The notes below the pieces were generated by a model, which saw only the letters and a program-made list of their open reading frames with translations, did no database searches and was not told the DNA's origin. Both the position numbers and the translations under genes were made by a program. A stretch of 63,936 bases of DNA, counting the filler, from Octopus bimaculoides (taxonomy: Eukaryota): assembly GCF_001194135.2 (NCBI RefSeq). It is 5 parts of 5 records of this genome, joined end to end, with 100 filler letters (N's around TTAATTAATTAA, not from the genome) between each part and the next. Parts side by side here need not be neighbours in the genome. Positions count along the whole stretch, not along the records: positions 23,762 to 46,029 come from NC_069003.1; positions 46,130 to 54,459 come from NC_068988.1; 3 more parts are not named here. One strand, 5' to 3'. The number at the start of each line of letters is the position of its first letter. Position 1 is the first letter of the stretch. This document shows, one piece after another, positions 36,963 through 48,972 of this stretch.

Positions 36963-37695
36963 CAGCAGAAGCAGCAGCAGCAACAGTATTATTATTATTA
37001 TTATTATTAGTAGTAGTAGTAGTTGTAGTTCCTGTTCTTATTAGAGTATCTGATGCTCTAAGCGCAGTTGCTGCAGTGTNNNNNNNNNNNNNNNNNNNNN
37101 NNNNNNNNNNNNNNNNNNNNNNNNNNNNNNNNNNNNNNNNNNNNNNNNNNNNNNNNNNNNNNNNNNNNNNNNNNNNNNNNNNNNNNNNNNNNNNNNNNNN
37201 NNNNNNNNNNNNNNNNNNNNNNNNNNNNNNNNNNNNNNNNNNNNNNNNNNNNNNNNNNNNNNNNNNNNNNNNNNNNNNNNNNNNNNNNNNNNNNNNNNNN
37301 NNNNNNNNNNNNNNNNNNNNNNNNNNNNNNNNNNNNNNNNNNNNNNNNNNNNNNNNNNNNNNNNNNNNNNNNNNNNNNNNNNNNNNNNNNNNNNNNNNNN
37401 NNNNNNNNNNNNNNNNNNNNNNNNNNNNNNNNNNNNNNNNNNNNNNNNNNNNNNNNNNNNNNNNNNNNNNNNNNNNNNNNNNNNNNNNNNNNNNNNNNNN
37501 NNNNNNNNNNNNNNNNNNNNNNNNNNNNNNNNNNNNNNNNNNNNNNNNNNNNNNNNNNNTTATTTATTTATTTATTTTTTTTTACTTCTTGTTATCGTAA
37601 TTAATTTTTCCGTTCTGCCGCTTCTGTTGCTTTCATTGGTGATAGGGTAGCCTAGCCGCTGCTGGTTTCTGTGATAAGTTTGTTGTTGTCGTTGC

Positions 37696-37757
<62 letters not shown>

Positions 37758-38012
37758 CATATTGTGCTGATGTTGTTGTAAGGAGAGAGGGGAGAAACAG
37801 CTTCTTTTTTTATTTATTTAATAATCTATTGTCGAAGTGCTTTCGTGGCAAATACCCCACGTGTGTGTTTGTGTGTGTTTGAAGATGTATATTTGTGTCA
37901 GTACTTGTGAGAATGTCTGTGTAGGCTTATATGTGTCTAATCTCTACCATATATTGTTCTCTCTATCTCTATCTCTTTCTCTCTCTCTATATATATATAT
38001 ATATCTTTCTCC

Positions 38013-38230
38013 CAGGAGTGGCTGTGTGGTAAGTAGCTTCCTTACCGACTGCATTGCACCTTGGGCAAGTGTNNNNNNNNNNTGCTGGTGTGTTTACGTT
38101 AGCGGCTCGGCAAAAGTGGCCGATAGAATAAGTACTAGGCTTCCAAAGAATAAGTCCTGGGGTCGATTTGCTCGACTAAAGGCGCTGCTCCAGTATGGCC
38201 ACAGTCAAATGACTGAAACAAGTAAAAGAG
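38013..38230 (+). mobile_element. SINE family O (small N gap inside)
   Basis: AGGAGTGGCTGTGTGGTAAG...CAGTCAAATGACTGAAACAAGTAAAAGAG. Confidence 0.8.
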
Positions 38231-38954
38231 CTATAATTATCCAGTGAGATCCTTAGTGTTTGTTATACGTCGTTGAATATAATACTTCTTCAGTTATTAT
38301 AAAATAAGGTTAATTCCACTAGAAGGATTTATTATATTAATTAAATAAATCGGCGACTAATTATTGCCACGTAAAATATACAAGTTTCTCTTAAGCATTA
38401 TATAGAATTATTATCTGTAGTTTTTGTTCTTTTGTTAGCTATAAAGCATAACGTAGGATTTTTGCCTGCAGTTGTTGTTCTTTAGATATTCAGCCTCGTT
38501 ATCAATTTTAGTAAATAACTATACTTGCTCTCTATGTTAGATTTTTAAATTTCTTTTATCTTTAGGAGAGTATTGTAGTTCGCTTGAAGCATTGTGTATT
38601 GTTTGTAAAGAATAAAATATTTTGAATGACACAAACAATGGACTATAATAACTGTTGTAATTTAATCATCCATAATCTGATATGATATTTCAGAATAAAA
38701 TCCCTTCTTCAGATATCCTTAGGAATTGATGGAGTCGCTGCTATAATCGGTTTTCCAACGGCTTTTTTTTTTTGTGTTTTTTTTTCGGAAGCGTTTCAGC
38801 AGTGGTCTCACGAATCTCCTTCCGGAATTTCTCATGAGAAGTGCGTGAGGTCGGCCATGTCTCAATCTCGTGTGTGCTGACACTTCCTTAGCGTTGCTTC
38901 TAAGTTATGTGTCATACGCGCAGCTTCATACGTACATACATACATACATATATA

Positions 38955-39478
38955 CAAACAAAAATTCCCTGTTGTTGATGTTGAAATTCCAATGATGGAG
39001 CCTTGGATCTAGGTTAGAAACCGGTTCTTTCTCTATTGGCAAGAAATCTTGAAATAAAACTGAACAATGACATACATACATTTAAGTATATATGAGCATG
39101 TCTAGATATGTAACTATATGCATGAGAATACATACATACATACAATCTTGAGCAATTAGGCTTCTAAAAATCAGAAAGGAGAAAGCTAATTCGAAGTCGA
39201 TACATCTTATTCCATGACTGGAACTGTAAAGATCTGTAAAACTTTCCAGAAGTTTATCATTTGAATACATATGAGCATGTCTAGATATGCAATTATATGC
39301 ATGAGAATAAATATATAAAGCAAAACATACAAATATGTACATACACATACATACATACATACATACATACATACCCTGTTGATGATGTTGAAATTCCAAT
39401 GAAAGAGCTTTGATCTAGGTTAGAAACATGCTCTTTCTCTATTGGCCAGAAATCTTGAAATAAAACTAAATAACAACA
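38955..39478 (+). mobile_element. Tandem 3' ends of a (CATA)n-associated RLE non-LTR family
   Basis: Terminal UTR ~38955-39075, UTR piece ~39081-39130, then ORF end (NLEQLGF...TGTVKICKTFQKFII*) plus UTR 39144-39478; pieces separated and followed by (CATA)n. Confidence 0.75.
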
Positions 39479-40612
39479 TACATACATACATACATACATA
39501 CATGCATGCATACAAACGTACATACATACATATGCTTTAGTAAGCCAGTCCAGCGTTTCAATCAAAATTCCTCGCTCAGAATTTACAATCATATAAGATT
39601 ATTTTTGGCACCCAATACATCATTTCTAGTGTGAGTGTCACCCACTCAGAAGAGGGCGTTCTTGCNNNNNNNNNNNNNNNNNNNNNNNNNNNNNNNNNNN
39701 NNNNNNNNNNNNNNNNNNNNNNNNNNNNNNNNNNNNNNNNNNNNNNNNNNNNNNNNNNNNNNNNNNNNNNNNNNNNNNNNNNNNNNNNNNNNNNNNNNNN
39801 NNNNNNNNNNNNNNNNNNNNNNNNNNNNNNNNNNNNNNNNNNNNNNNNNNNNNNNNNNNNNNNNNNNNNNNNNNNNNNNNNNNNNNNNNNNNNNNNNNNN
39901 NNNNNNNNNNNNNNNNNNNNNNNNNNNNNNNNNNNNNNNNNNNNNNNNNNNNNNNNNNNNNNNNNNNNNNNNNNNNNNNNNNNNNNNNNNNNNNNNNNNN
40001 NNNNNNNNNNNNNNNNNNNNNNNNNNNNNNNNNNNNNNNNNNNNNNNNNNNNNNNNNNNNNNNNNNNNNNNNNNNNNNNNNNNNNNNNNNNNNNNNNNNN
40101 NNNNNNNNNNNNNNNNNNNNNNNNNNNNNNNNNNNNNNNNNNNNNNNNNNNNNNNNNNNNNNNNNNNNNNNNNNNNNNNNNNNNNNNNNNNNNNNNNNNN
40201 NNNNNNNNNNNNNNNNNNNNNNNNNNNNNNNNNNNNNNNNNNNNNNNNNNNNNNNNNNNNNNNNNNNNNNNNNNNNNNNNNNNNNNNNNNNNNNNNNNNN
40301 NNNNNNNNNNNNNNNNNNNNNNNNNNNNNNNNNNNNNNNNNNNNNNNNNNNNNNNNNNNNNNNNNNNNNNNNNNNNNNNNNNNNNNNNNNNNNNNNNNNN
40401 NNNNNNNNNNNNNNNNNNNNNNNNNNNNNNNNNNNNNNNNNNNNNNNNNNNNNNNNNNNNNNNNNNNNNNNNNNNNNNNNNNNNNNNNNNNNNNNNNNNN
40501 NNNNNNNNNNNNNNNNNNNNNNNNNNNNNNNNNNNNNNNNNNNNNNNNNNNNNNNNNNNNNNNNNNNNNNNNNNNNNNNNNNNNNNNNNNNNNNNNNNNN
40601 NNNNNNNNNNNN

Positions 40613-40665
<53 letters not shown>

Positions 40666-40666
40666 A

Positions 40667-40700
<34 letters not shown>

Positions 40701-40933
40701 TAATATAATATATGTATATGTATAGACATATATTCAATGTATATACATTAATAATATACATGCATGCATCAATTTGCATACAGATATGTACACACACACA
40801 TATACACACACATACACACCCTTACACACACATACACACCCTTACACACACACACACATACATGATCACACCCACACCATTATCACTCTCATTCTCTCTG
40901 TGCCTTTCACACATTTCCTCTCCCTGTCAATCA

Positions 40934-40985
<52 letters not shown>

Positions 40986-41574
40986 NNNNNNNNNNNNNNN
41001 NNNNNNNNNNNNNNNNNNNNNNNNNNNNNNNNNNNNNNNNNNNNNNNNNNNNNNNNNNNNNNNNNNNNNNNNNNNNNNNNNNNNNNNNNNNNNNNNNNNN
41101 NNNNNNNNNNNNNNNNNNNNNNNNNNNNNNNNNNNNNNNNNNNNNNNNNNNNNNNNNNNNNNNNNNNNNNNNNNNNNNNNNNNNNNNNNNNNNNNNNNNN
41201 NNNNNNNNNNNNNNNNNNNNNNNNNNNNNNNNNNNNNNNNNNNNNNNNNNNNNNNNNNNNNNNNNNNNNNNNNNNNNNNNNNNNNNNNNNNNNNNNNNNN
41301 NNNNNNNNNNNNNNNNNNNNNNNNNNNNNNNNNNNNNNNNNNNNNNNNNNNNNNNNNNNNNNNNNNNNNNNNNNNNNNNNNNNNNNNNNNNNNNNNNNNN
41401 NNNNNNNNNNNNNNNNNNNNNNNNNNNNNNNNNNNNNNNNNNNNNNNNNNNNNNNNNNNNNNNNNNNNNNNNNNNNNNNNNNNNNNNNNNNNNNNNNNNN
41501 NNNNNNNNNNNNNNNNNNNNNNNNNNNNNNNNNNNNNNNNNNNNNNNNNNNNNNNNNNATATATATGTATATAT

Positions 41575-41725
41575 ATACGATGGGCTTCTTTCAGTTTCCA
41601 TCATCCAAATCCACTCACAAGGCTTTGGTCGGCTCGAGGCTATAGTAGAAGACACTTGCTCAAGGTGACACGCAGTGGGACTGAACCCGGAACCATGTGA
41701 TTGAGAAGCAGTCTTCTTACCACAC
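41575..41725 (-). mobile_element. SINE family O, 5' half
   Basis: CCACTCACAAGGCTTTGGTCGGCTCGAGGCTATAGTAGAAGACACTTGC. Confidence 0.8.
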
Positions 41726-41937
41726 AAGTATTTTATTTGATTTTACACTTCAATATTTGTTTTCAGGGATTTTTTAAAATTTTATGCTTTTAAATAATTT
41801 CTGTGAGACTGACGCAAGGTCAGATACCGCGACTGATATTGAGGTTTATTTTTTTTATGATTGAAAAAATAAAATGACGTAAAGCGGGGGAAAGACGTAA
41901 CTCGAAGCAACGTAATTTGAGGTATGTCTATTTAACG

Positions 41938-42109
41938 CCGTTGTTCCCAAAGTGGGTGGTGCTACCTCCCTGAGGGCGATGGAAAGATCCAAAGACCGGT
42001 GGAAAGTTCCAAAAAGCGTTGAAGAAATGTGGATCGATAGTGGCGTGAAAACAATCCACTAGGTATGTGGCCTGGCTGCCAAAGGTCCGAGAAAGATTGA
42101 GAACCACTA
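41938..42109. mobile_element. hAT-type MITE with an 8-bp TSD
   Basis: CCGTTGTTCCCAAAG ... TTGAGAACCACTA; ATTTAACG (41930-41937) vs ATTTAGCG (42110-42117). Confidence 0.75.
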
Positions 42110-42285
42110 ATTTAGCGTTTTACGAGGTGGAATCAAGAGGTTCTAGGGCTAGTTGTGTTTAATAAAAAGTAACTTATTTACTTAAGTTTTAACACCATCT
42201 CCTTCGAAAATGAAAAACTCTACGCTTGTATTTCGTCCAATTTCTGTGTTTAGCCCTGTGTGGCTATAATAAAAGATATCTCTCC

Positions 42286-42332
<47 letters not shown>

Positions 42333-42350
42333 CATCTATTTATCTATCTA

Positions 42351-42394
<44 letters not shown>

Positions 42395-43009
42395 TAGCCA
42401 CAGACTGAAAAAGAGAATTAAAAGTGGATAAAATAAAGGTAGAGAGAAGTGCTGCAGAAATAGATAGATAGATAGATAGATAGATAAATAGAGTCAGTCA
42501 GACAGACAGACAGGCAGGCAGGCAGACAGAAAGGCATTGAGATAGATAATTGACAAATAGACAGGTAGACAGATACAAAGGGGCAGGCAGGTAACCTCAC
42601 AGATTGATACATGTATGTGTGTGTGAGTGTGTGTATGTGTGTGTTTGTGTGTGTATGTATGCATGTATATGTATGTATGTATGTATGTATGTCTTCTCAG
42701 ATTCCACCAAAATCTCCAATATGTTTGCTATTTCAATATCTATAGATTTCTGCTGCATAGAATTTCCTGCAAGCGAACACTGCCACCATAATAATGATCC
42801 AGATTTGACTTGACTGATACAAAAATCTCCCCGAAAGCTGATCTCATTGCTTCGGAAGCAGAGTCAGTACTTCGATAAAGATCGATATTTTAGTGCGTAT
42901 CTTTCCGTTATGTCAATAAACTAGGTTAATATGAAATTTATTTAATATTTCATTTAAAAAAAATGTAAAAATTTACAAAAAACAAACAAACAACGAATCT
43001 CTCTTTTAT

Positions 43010-43160
43010 CTTTTCTTTCAGTCGTTGGACGGTAGCTTTGCTGGGCCAGCGTTTTGAAGGGTTGCTGTCGAACATATCTGCCTTAGTTTGTTGGGTTTTT
43101 TTGTTGTTTTTTTTCTTAAGCCTGGTACTTATTGTATCCGACACTATTACCGAACGGCTA
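43010..43160 (-). mobile_element. SINE family O, tail fragment
   Basis: CTTTTCTTTCAGTCG...AAGCCTGGTACTTATTGTATCCGA...CCGAACGGCTAAG. Confidence 0.65.
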
Positions 43161-43280
43161 AGTTTTTGGAGACGTAAACAAACCAACGCAAGTAATCAGG
43201 CTCGTGGTGGTGATGAGACAAATATAAACAGAAAGACATATTTACGTATGTGTGTGTGTTTGTGTGTTTGTGCGTTTGCC

Positions 43281-43315
<35 letters not shown>

Positions 43316-43384
43316 TTCGCCATGCTGGACCGCTGAAATCTGCAAGTTCTTTTCATTCTCTTTCTGTTTATTTTCTCTTATTCA

Positions 43385-43490
43385 TTCCTGTTGAAGAGCG
43401 TAGGCTCGAAATGTAAAAGACTTTTTCATTTTCGCTTGCTTGTTGTCCATATACCTGTCTTCGTCTTTTGTTTTTCTATAAATTTCAACT
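43385..43490 (+). mobile_element. Repeat tail with a decayed hammerhead-like motif (same family as 58200-58350)
   Basis: CTGTTGAAGAGCGTAGGCTCGAAATGTAAAAGAC...ACCTGTCTTCGTC; stems I and III damaged. Confidence 0.6.
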
Positions 43491-44785
43491 ATATGTGTAT
43501 ATATATATATNNNNNNNNNNNNNNNNNNNNNNNNNNNNNNNNNNNNNNNNNNNNNNNNNNNNNNNNNNNNNNNNNNNNNNNNNNNNNNNNNNNNNNNNNN
43601 NNNNNNNNNNNNNNNNNNNNNNNNNNNNNNNNNNNNNNNNNNNNNNTATATTAAAAGGATGTGTTATAACACTATTCCACACATACAATAATAGCCATAC
43701 CAATAATCCAACATACTTCCATCATCAGCTGCCCCGTGGTTATAGTAGAAGACACTTGCCCATGTTATCACGCAGTTGGATTGAACGCGTAACAAAATGG
43801 TTGGAAAGTAAACTTCTTACCACATGTTCACACCTGCAAGCATTTTTATTTTCCTTCTCTAAGTACAAAGCCCGAAATTTTGGAAAACGGTTCGAGTCGA
43901 TTACATCGACCCCAGTGCTCCACTGGTACTTATTTCATCAAACCTTGTACTACGGATGATCACTTCGAATATTACCAACCTACTTTCTGGAACAGGAAAA
44001 ATTATGTATATCGTTCGATCTAGATCATGGCAAAACAATACAACTGCTCCGACTTCTGATCTTGATTGACTTGCAGTTGCGTTATAGTCTCGTTGAAGGC
44101 CACTACATCTATGTTTAATGATTTGAGGTCGTTAAACATAAGCGGGAAAGTGAGAAGTGCCACTTACCTTGTTCATGTGTAAAGATAACTGTTTTACCCC
44201 TCCAACAAGTTATGGATGTTTTCACTATCAAAGCTTTAAATAGTCTTTTGTTAATCTTCTCTTTGAAATGTATTCCGTCGAGTTGTTTGTTTTTTTAAAG
44301 GTTGTATCAGTTTTATGTTGTTTTGAGAAATTTTATGTGTGTCTGTATGCTATTTGATAATGTGATGTAGTTGTTGTATGATGTTTCTATGTTGTTGTAA
44401 TTCGTTCATTAAGTTTATTGTCTATCGCTGTTTCGTTGATTTTTTCTTTATGCTAATGTTGGAGTTCTTGCAGTTGGTATGTTTGACTTAGGGTCTTATA
44501 TTGCTTTTGTACTGTTGGAGATATCTGTAATGTATACATACATACAAACAATCATACATTCATATATATATACACACATACACATAAATACACACACATA
44601 TATATACACACATATACATATATATATACGCACATACACATACATAAACACACACATCCATACAAGCATACATACACGAGTATGTATATATGTACACACA
44701 CATGCATAAAAATCGTACCTACATCTAAACATACATAAATATATATATTTACAAATAGATACATAATTAAATAGATATATACATG

Positions 44786-45226
44786 CTCTACCCAGACTAC
44801 AAGTTCAGATTATTGAGGCCCCGAGATAGGTATTATTGGGGCCCTGGGATATGTAACACACTGCCTAAATACCAATCTTGAAAAAATAGGCTTTTCAAAA
44901 CCAGAAAGGAGAAATCCAATCCGAAGACTACAGATCCAATCCATCACTGGAACTGTTAAAATTTGTAAAACTTTCCAGAAGTTTATCATGTAAATATATA
45001 TGACCATATCTAGATATGCAACTATATGCATGAGAATACATGCATAAAACATACAAATCTGCACATACATACATACATACATACATACATACATACATAC
45101 ATACATACATACATACAAAAATACCTAATTGTTAATGTCGAAATTCCAATGAAGGAGCCTTAGATCTAGGTTAGAAACGGATTCTTTCTCTATTGGCAAA
45201 GAATCTTGAAATACATTGAATAATGA
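44786..45226 (+). mobile_element. (CATA)n-associated RLE non-LTR retrotransposon, 3' fragment
   Basis: LYPDYKFR/IIGALGYVTHCLNTNLEKIGFSKPERRNPIRRLQIQSITGTVKICKTFQKFIM* (stop 44991-44993); UTR contains internal (CATA)n and ends in (CATA)n from 45227. Confidence 0.8.
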
Positions 45227-45771
45227 CATACATACATACAATCATGCACACATACATACATACATACATACATACATACATACATACAAGCGTGCACACA
45301 TACATATAAGTTGCCATCAAGACGTTTATATAGTTTCTTCTCTTCATAACTAAAAGTATTTCTGGTCGTAAAACTAACACAAACTGACAAAAGAAGGAGA
45401 AGAAAAATACTAATACATACAATAAAAATCTTAATCAACCAATCGTTGAGAAAAGGACAAATATTATGGTATGAACCGAATCTACATTTCAAGAGGAGGC
45501 TTAGCTTTCGTCTTATAATGTGTAATCTATAACTTTAATAATACATTCTTACAGACTTCATCATCTTTACATTTTGTCTTTTATTACCATTCTCTTAGAC
45601 TCTTCATCTCATTCGTTCTCCTTTCGTAGTATCTATCTATCTATCTCAGATAGATAGATAGATAGATAGATCTATATGTCTATCAGCCTGTCAACGTTTT
45701 CGTATATATGTGTCTATGTTTGTTAATGTTTATGTATATTAATATAACCTTCCATCTTTCTATCTATCTAC

Positions 45772-45843
<72 letters not shown>

Positions 45844-46129
45844 TTTTCTGTCTCTCTGTCTGTCTATCTATCTATCTATATCCATCTAGTTACCTGTATG
45901 TCTGTCACTTTCTGTTTATCTGTCTTTTATCTGTCAGTCAGCCACTCTCTTAATCGCTTGCTCTCCCCACCGTAATCAGATCAATATCTCTATCTATCTA
46001 TCTATCTCTCAACCTATATGCATACATATNNNNNNNNNNNNNNNNNNNNNNNNNNNNNNNNNNNNNNNNNNNNTTAATTAATTAANNNNNNNNNNNNNNN
46101 NNNNNNNNNNNNNNNNNNNNNNNNNNNNN

Positions 46130-46167
<38 letters not shown>

Positions 46168-46444
46168 TACGGCTGAAAATAGAAACAAAAGAACGTGTCG
46201 TTCCGTGTTGGAGATTGCTAAAGCGTTTGCTAAGTGCATTATTCTTTAAGCACAACTCCAACGGTTTCGTAATAGTAATCGCAGGAGAAAATGAAGAGAG
46301 ATAAAGAAGTGACGAATTTCGAAGAAACAAGCTAAGATTACCCGATGAAAAATAAGGCCAAATTCGGCATCAGTTTACGCTGCGAAGAGAAAAAGATGTG
46401 GTGTTATCTGTAGCAAGTGCGAGAGAATATGCAGGTGTTATATT

Positions 46445-46565
46445 CAGGGTGTCCACAAGGTTTGGGTACACGGAGTAAATAAAATCATAACAATTAAATA
46501 TAAGAAATAATAATTTCTTAAAGTATGTGTTAATCCCCATGTACCCGGACTTTGTGGACACCCTG
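46445..46565. mobile_element. 121-bp Tc1/mariner-type MITE (second copy 47905-48025)
   Basis: TIRs CAGGGTGTCCACAA / TTGTGGACACCCTG followed by TA. Confidence 0.8.
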
Positions 46566-47502
46566 TATGTGTTAATTTAGCACTTTTAATCTGCTCCACG
46601 ATTTGATATCCTAGTATTCTATGAAAAGGACGTATGCTACGCGGCAACGAAACTTCAGTTAATGTGGAGCTGAGTAAAACAGTTATACATACACATATAT
46701 AGACACGTAATACATACATATATATGTGGAGAGAGAGGGAGAGAAAGATAGAGAAGCAGAGAGAGAAGCAGAGAGAGAAAGAGTCTGGGAGAGTGCGAGA
46801 GGGATAGAGATATTTTTATACGTATACATATATAGATATATATATATGTTAAATCTCTGAACGAGGTATTAACAGTAACTGCACGATAAAGTGAAGTATA
46901 TTTGCCACTTAAATGTAGCTGACCCCAAGGGGTGGATGTTACTGTTGCTTTTAGCCCCAGGAGGACATCTCCTCCAGCTGGCTATCGACACACATCTGTG
47001 TCCTGTCTGTATTTGCCAAGGGAAGTTATCTTTCCCATCTTGATCTACGATACGTACGTACTCGAGTTTCAGGGTTATTTCCCTTCTTCAGCGTACGACA
47101 ATCGCCGACCTTCGATGCAAAAGATAATTCTTGGCAAATATATGTAACTTTTTCCAGTGAAATTATTCACTGATATCGAAAAAGTGAAAACAAGCAATGT
47201 TAAATCTCTGAACGAGGTATTAACAGTAACTGCACGATNNNNNNNNNNNNNNNNNNNNNNNNNNNNNNNNNNNNNNNNNNNNNNNNNNNNNNNNNNNNNN
47301 NNNNNNNNNNNNNNNNNNNNNNNNNNNNNNNNNNNNNNNNNNNNNNNNNNNNNNTTTCTTCTATCTTAATGAATAAACATTCTTCTGATAGAATAAATGG
47401 GTTAATAGAAACCAATGTAGCGAAGAACACAAAATAACTGTGGTTAGCTCCTGTTTTTAAGGCAGGAACTCCTTGAAATTTTGGGTATTTGAGTATATTT
47501 AA

Positions 47503-47732
47503 GAATTTAAGGATTGGAGAAAACGCATGTTATAATTGCATACTTTATTCCTACATATGTTTCAAAGGATTACAACCTGTGTGATCCATAGGGATCTTTG
47601 ATATTCCCTGATGAGAAGGTTACAATTTTAATATCAAAGATACCTATGGATCACACAGGTTGTAATCCTTTGAAACATATGTAGGAATAAAGTATGCAAT
47701 TATAACATGCGTTTTCTCCAATCCTTAAATTC
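47503..47732. repeat. Near-perfect inverted repeat, 103-bp arms, 24-nt spacer
   Basis: 47503-47605 is the reverse complement of 47630-47732 with one mismatch. Confidence 0.95.
47602..47689 (+). ncRNA. Type I hammerhead ribozyme motif (minimal stem III)
   Basis: Stem I TATTCC/GGAATA; CTGATGA 47608-47614; stem II GAAGG-TTACAA ... TTGTAA-T-CCTTT; GAA 47672-47674; stem III AC-ATAT-GT; cleavage triplet GUA (A47683). Confidence 0.75.
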
Positions 47733-48257
47733 CTAGATATATATATATATATGTATGTATTACGTGTCTATATATGTGTATGTATAACTATTTGACTCAG
47801 CTCCACATTAATTGAAGTTTCGTTGCCGCGTAGCATACGTCCTTGTCATAGAATACTAGGATATCAAATCGTGGAACAAATTAAAAGTGCTAAATTAACA
47901 CATACAGGGTGTCCACAAAGTCCGGGTACATAGGGATTAACACATACTTTAAGAAATTATTATTTCTTATATTTAATTGTTATGATTTTATTTACTCCAT
48001 GTACCCAGACCTTGTGGACACCCTGAATATAACACCGGCATACATACACACACCACATACACACGCACATGCGCACAGACACAGGAGAAAGGAGAGAGAG
48101 AAAGGCGAGAGTGACACTCATGAACGTTGTGACATGAACTGTGTGAATATTACTTACTCGACCTGTTGTTACATTGACTGTGGTACTCGTAGTAATTACA
48201 ACCGAAACTGAAACGAAAGAAAATAGTATCATCATCATCATCGTCATCATCATTAAT

Positions 48258-48303
<46 letters not shown>

Positions 48304-48384
48304 ACAACAACAACAACAGCGACATCGGTGGTTAATATGTACAGCTCGCTAATACCAGCCAGATATGCTTATCGTACGCTCTTA

Positions 48385-48545
48385 CTTCATTTTCTTGTTT
48401 CAGTCATTTGGCCGTGGCCATGCTGGAGCACCGCCTTTTGTCGAACGAATCGATTCCAGGACTTATTCTTTGTAAGCCTAGTACTTATTCTATCGGTTCT
48501 CTTTTGCCGAACAGCATTGGTTGGCGGGGGAGGGGCAAACACAGA
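48385..48545 (-). mobile_element. SINE family O, 3' half
   Basis: TTGTTTCAGTCATTTGGCCGTGGCCATGCTGGAGCACCGCC...AGCCTAGTACTTATTCTATCGG. Confidence 0.8.
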
Positions 48546-48586
48546 CACACGAACATATACACACACATACACACAGACTCACACAG

Positions 48587-48620
<34 letters not shown>

Positions 48621-48796
48621 ACACATATAATCAAGGATAAAATCTATATAAGATATTATCAAATAGCTACCATGTAAAAACCCATTCTGTTAAAAATTAA
48701 TACAAAGTATTTTAATTTTATAAATATAATTATGCTAAAGGCAACTCTTGAGTAGCGCAACATGCTAAAAGAAGACGCCATATAGGTATGTATACA

Positions 48797-48972
48797 TACG
48801 AGGGTATGCTGAAAAGTTCTTGGCCTCGGTTAAAAGAAAATACAAGAGGATCAGTTAATAAGGTCTTTATTCAGCATATTTCCATCTCAGATTCACACAC
48901 ATATCGTAGCGTCGCTTCAGTTTTTCCCAAGCGAGACCCTTAAAGCCAGGATCTTTTCAGTACCCCTTCGTA
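48797..48972 (-). mobile_element. Mariner-derived MITE (same family as 13817-14037), inverted
   Basis: TA-CGAGGGTATGCTGAAAAGTTC ... CTTTTCAGTACCCCTTCG-TA. Confidence 0.78.

Noticed and set aside
46846-47238. Exact 42-bp direct repeat (46846-46887, 47197-47238)
   Set aside because: The second copy abuts an N gap; cannot separate a contig-end overlap artefact from a real duplication.
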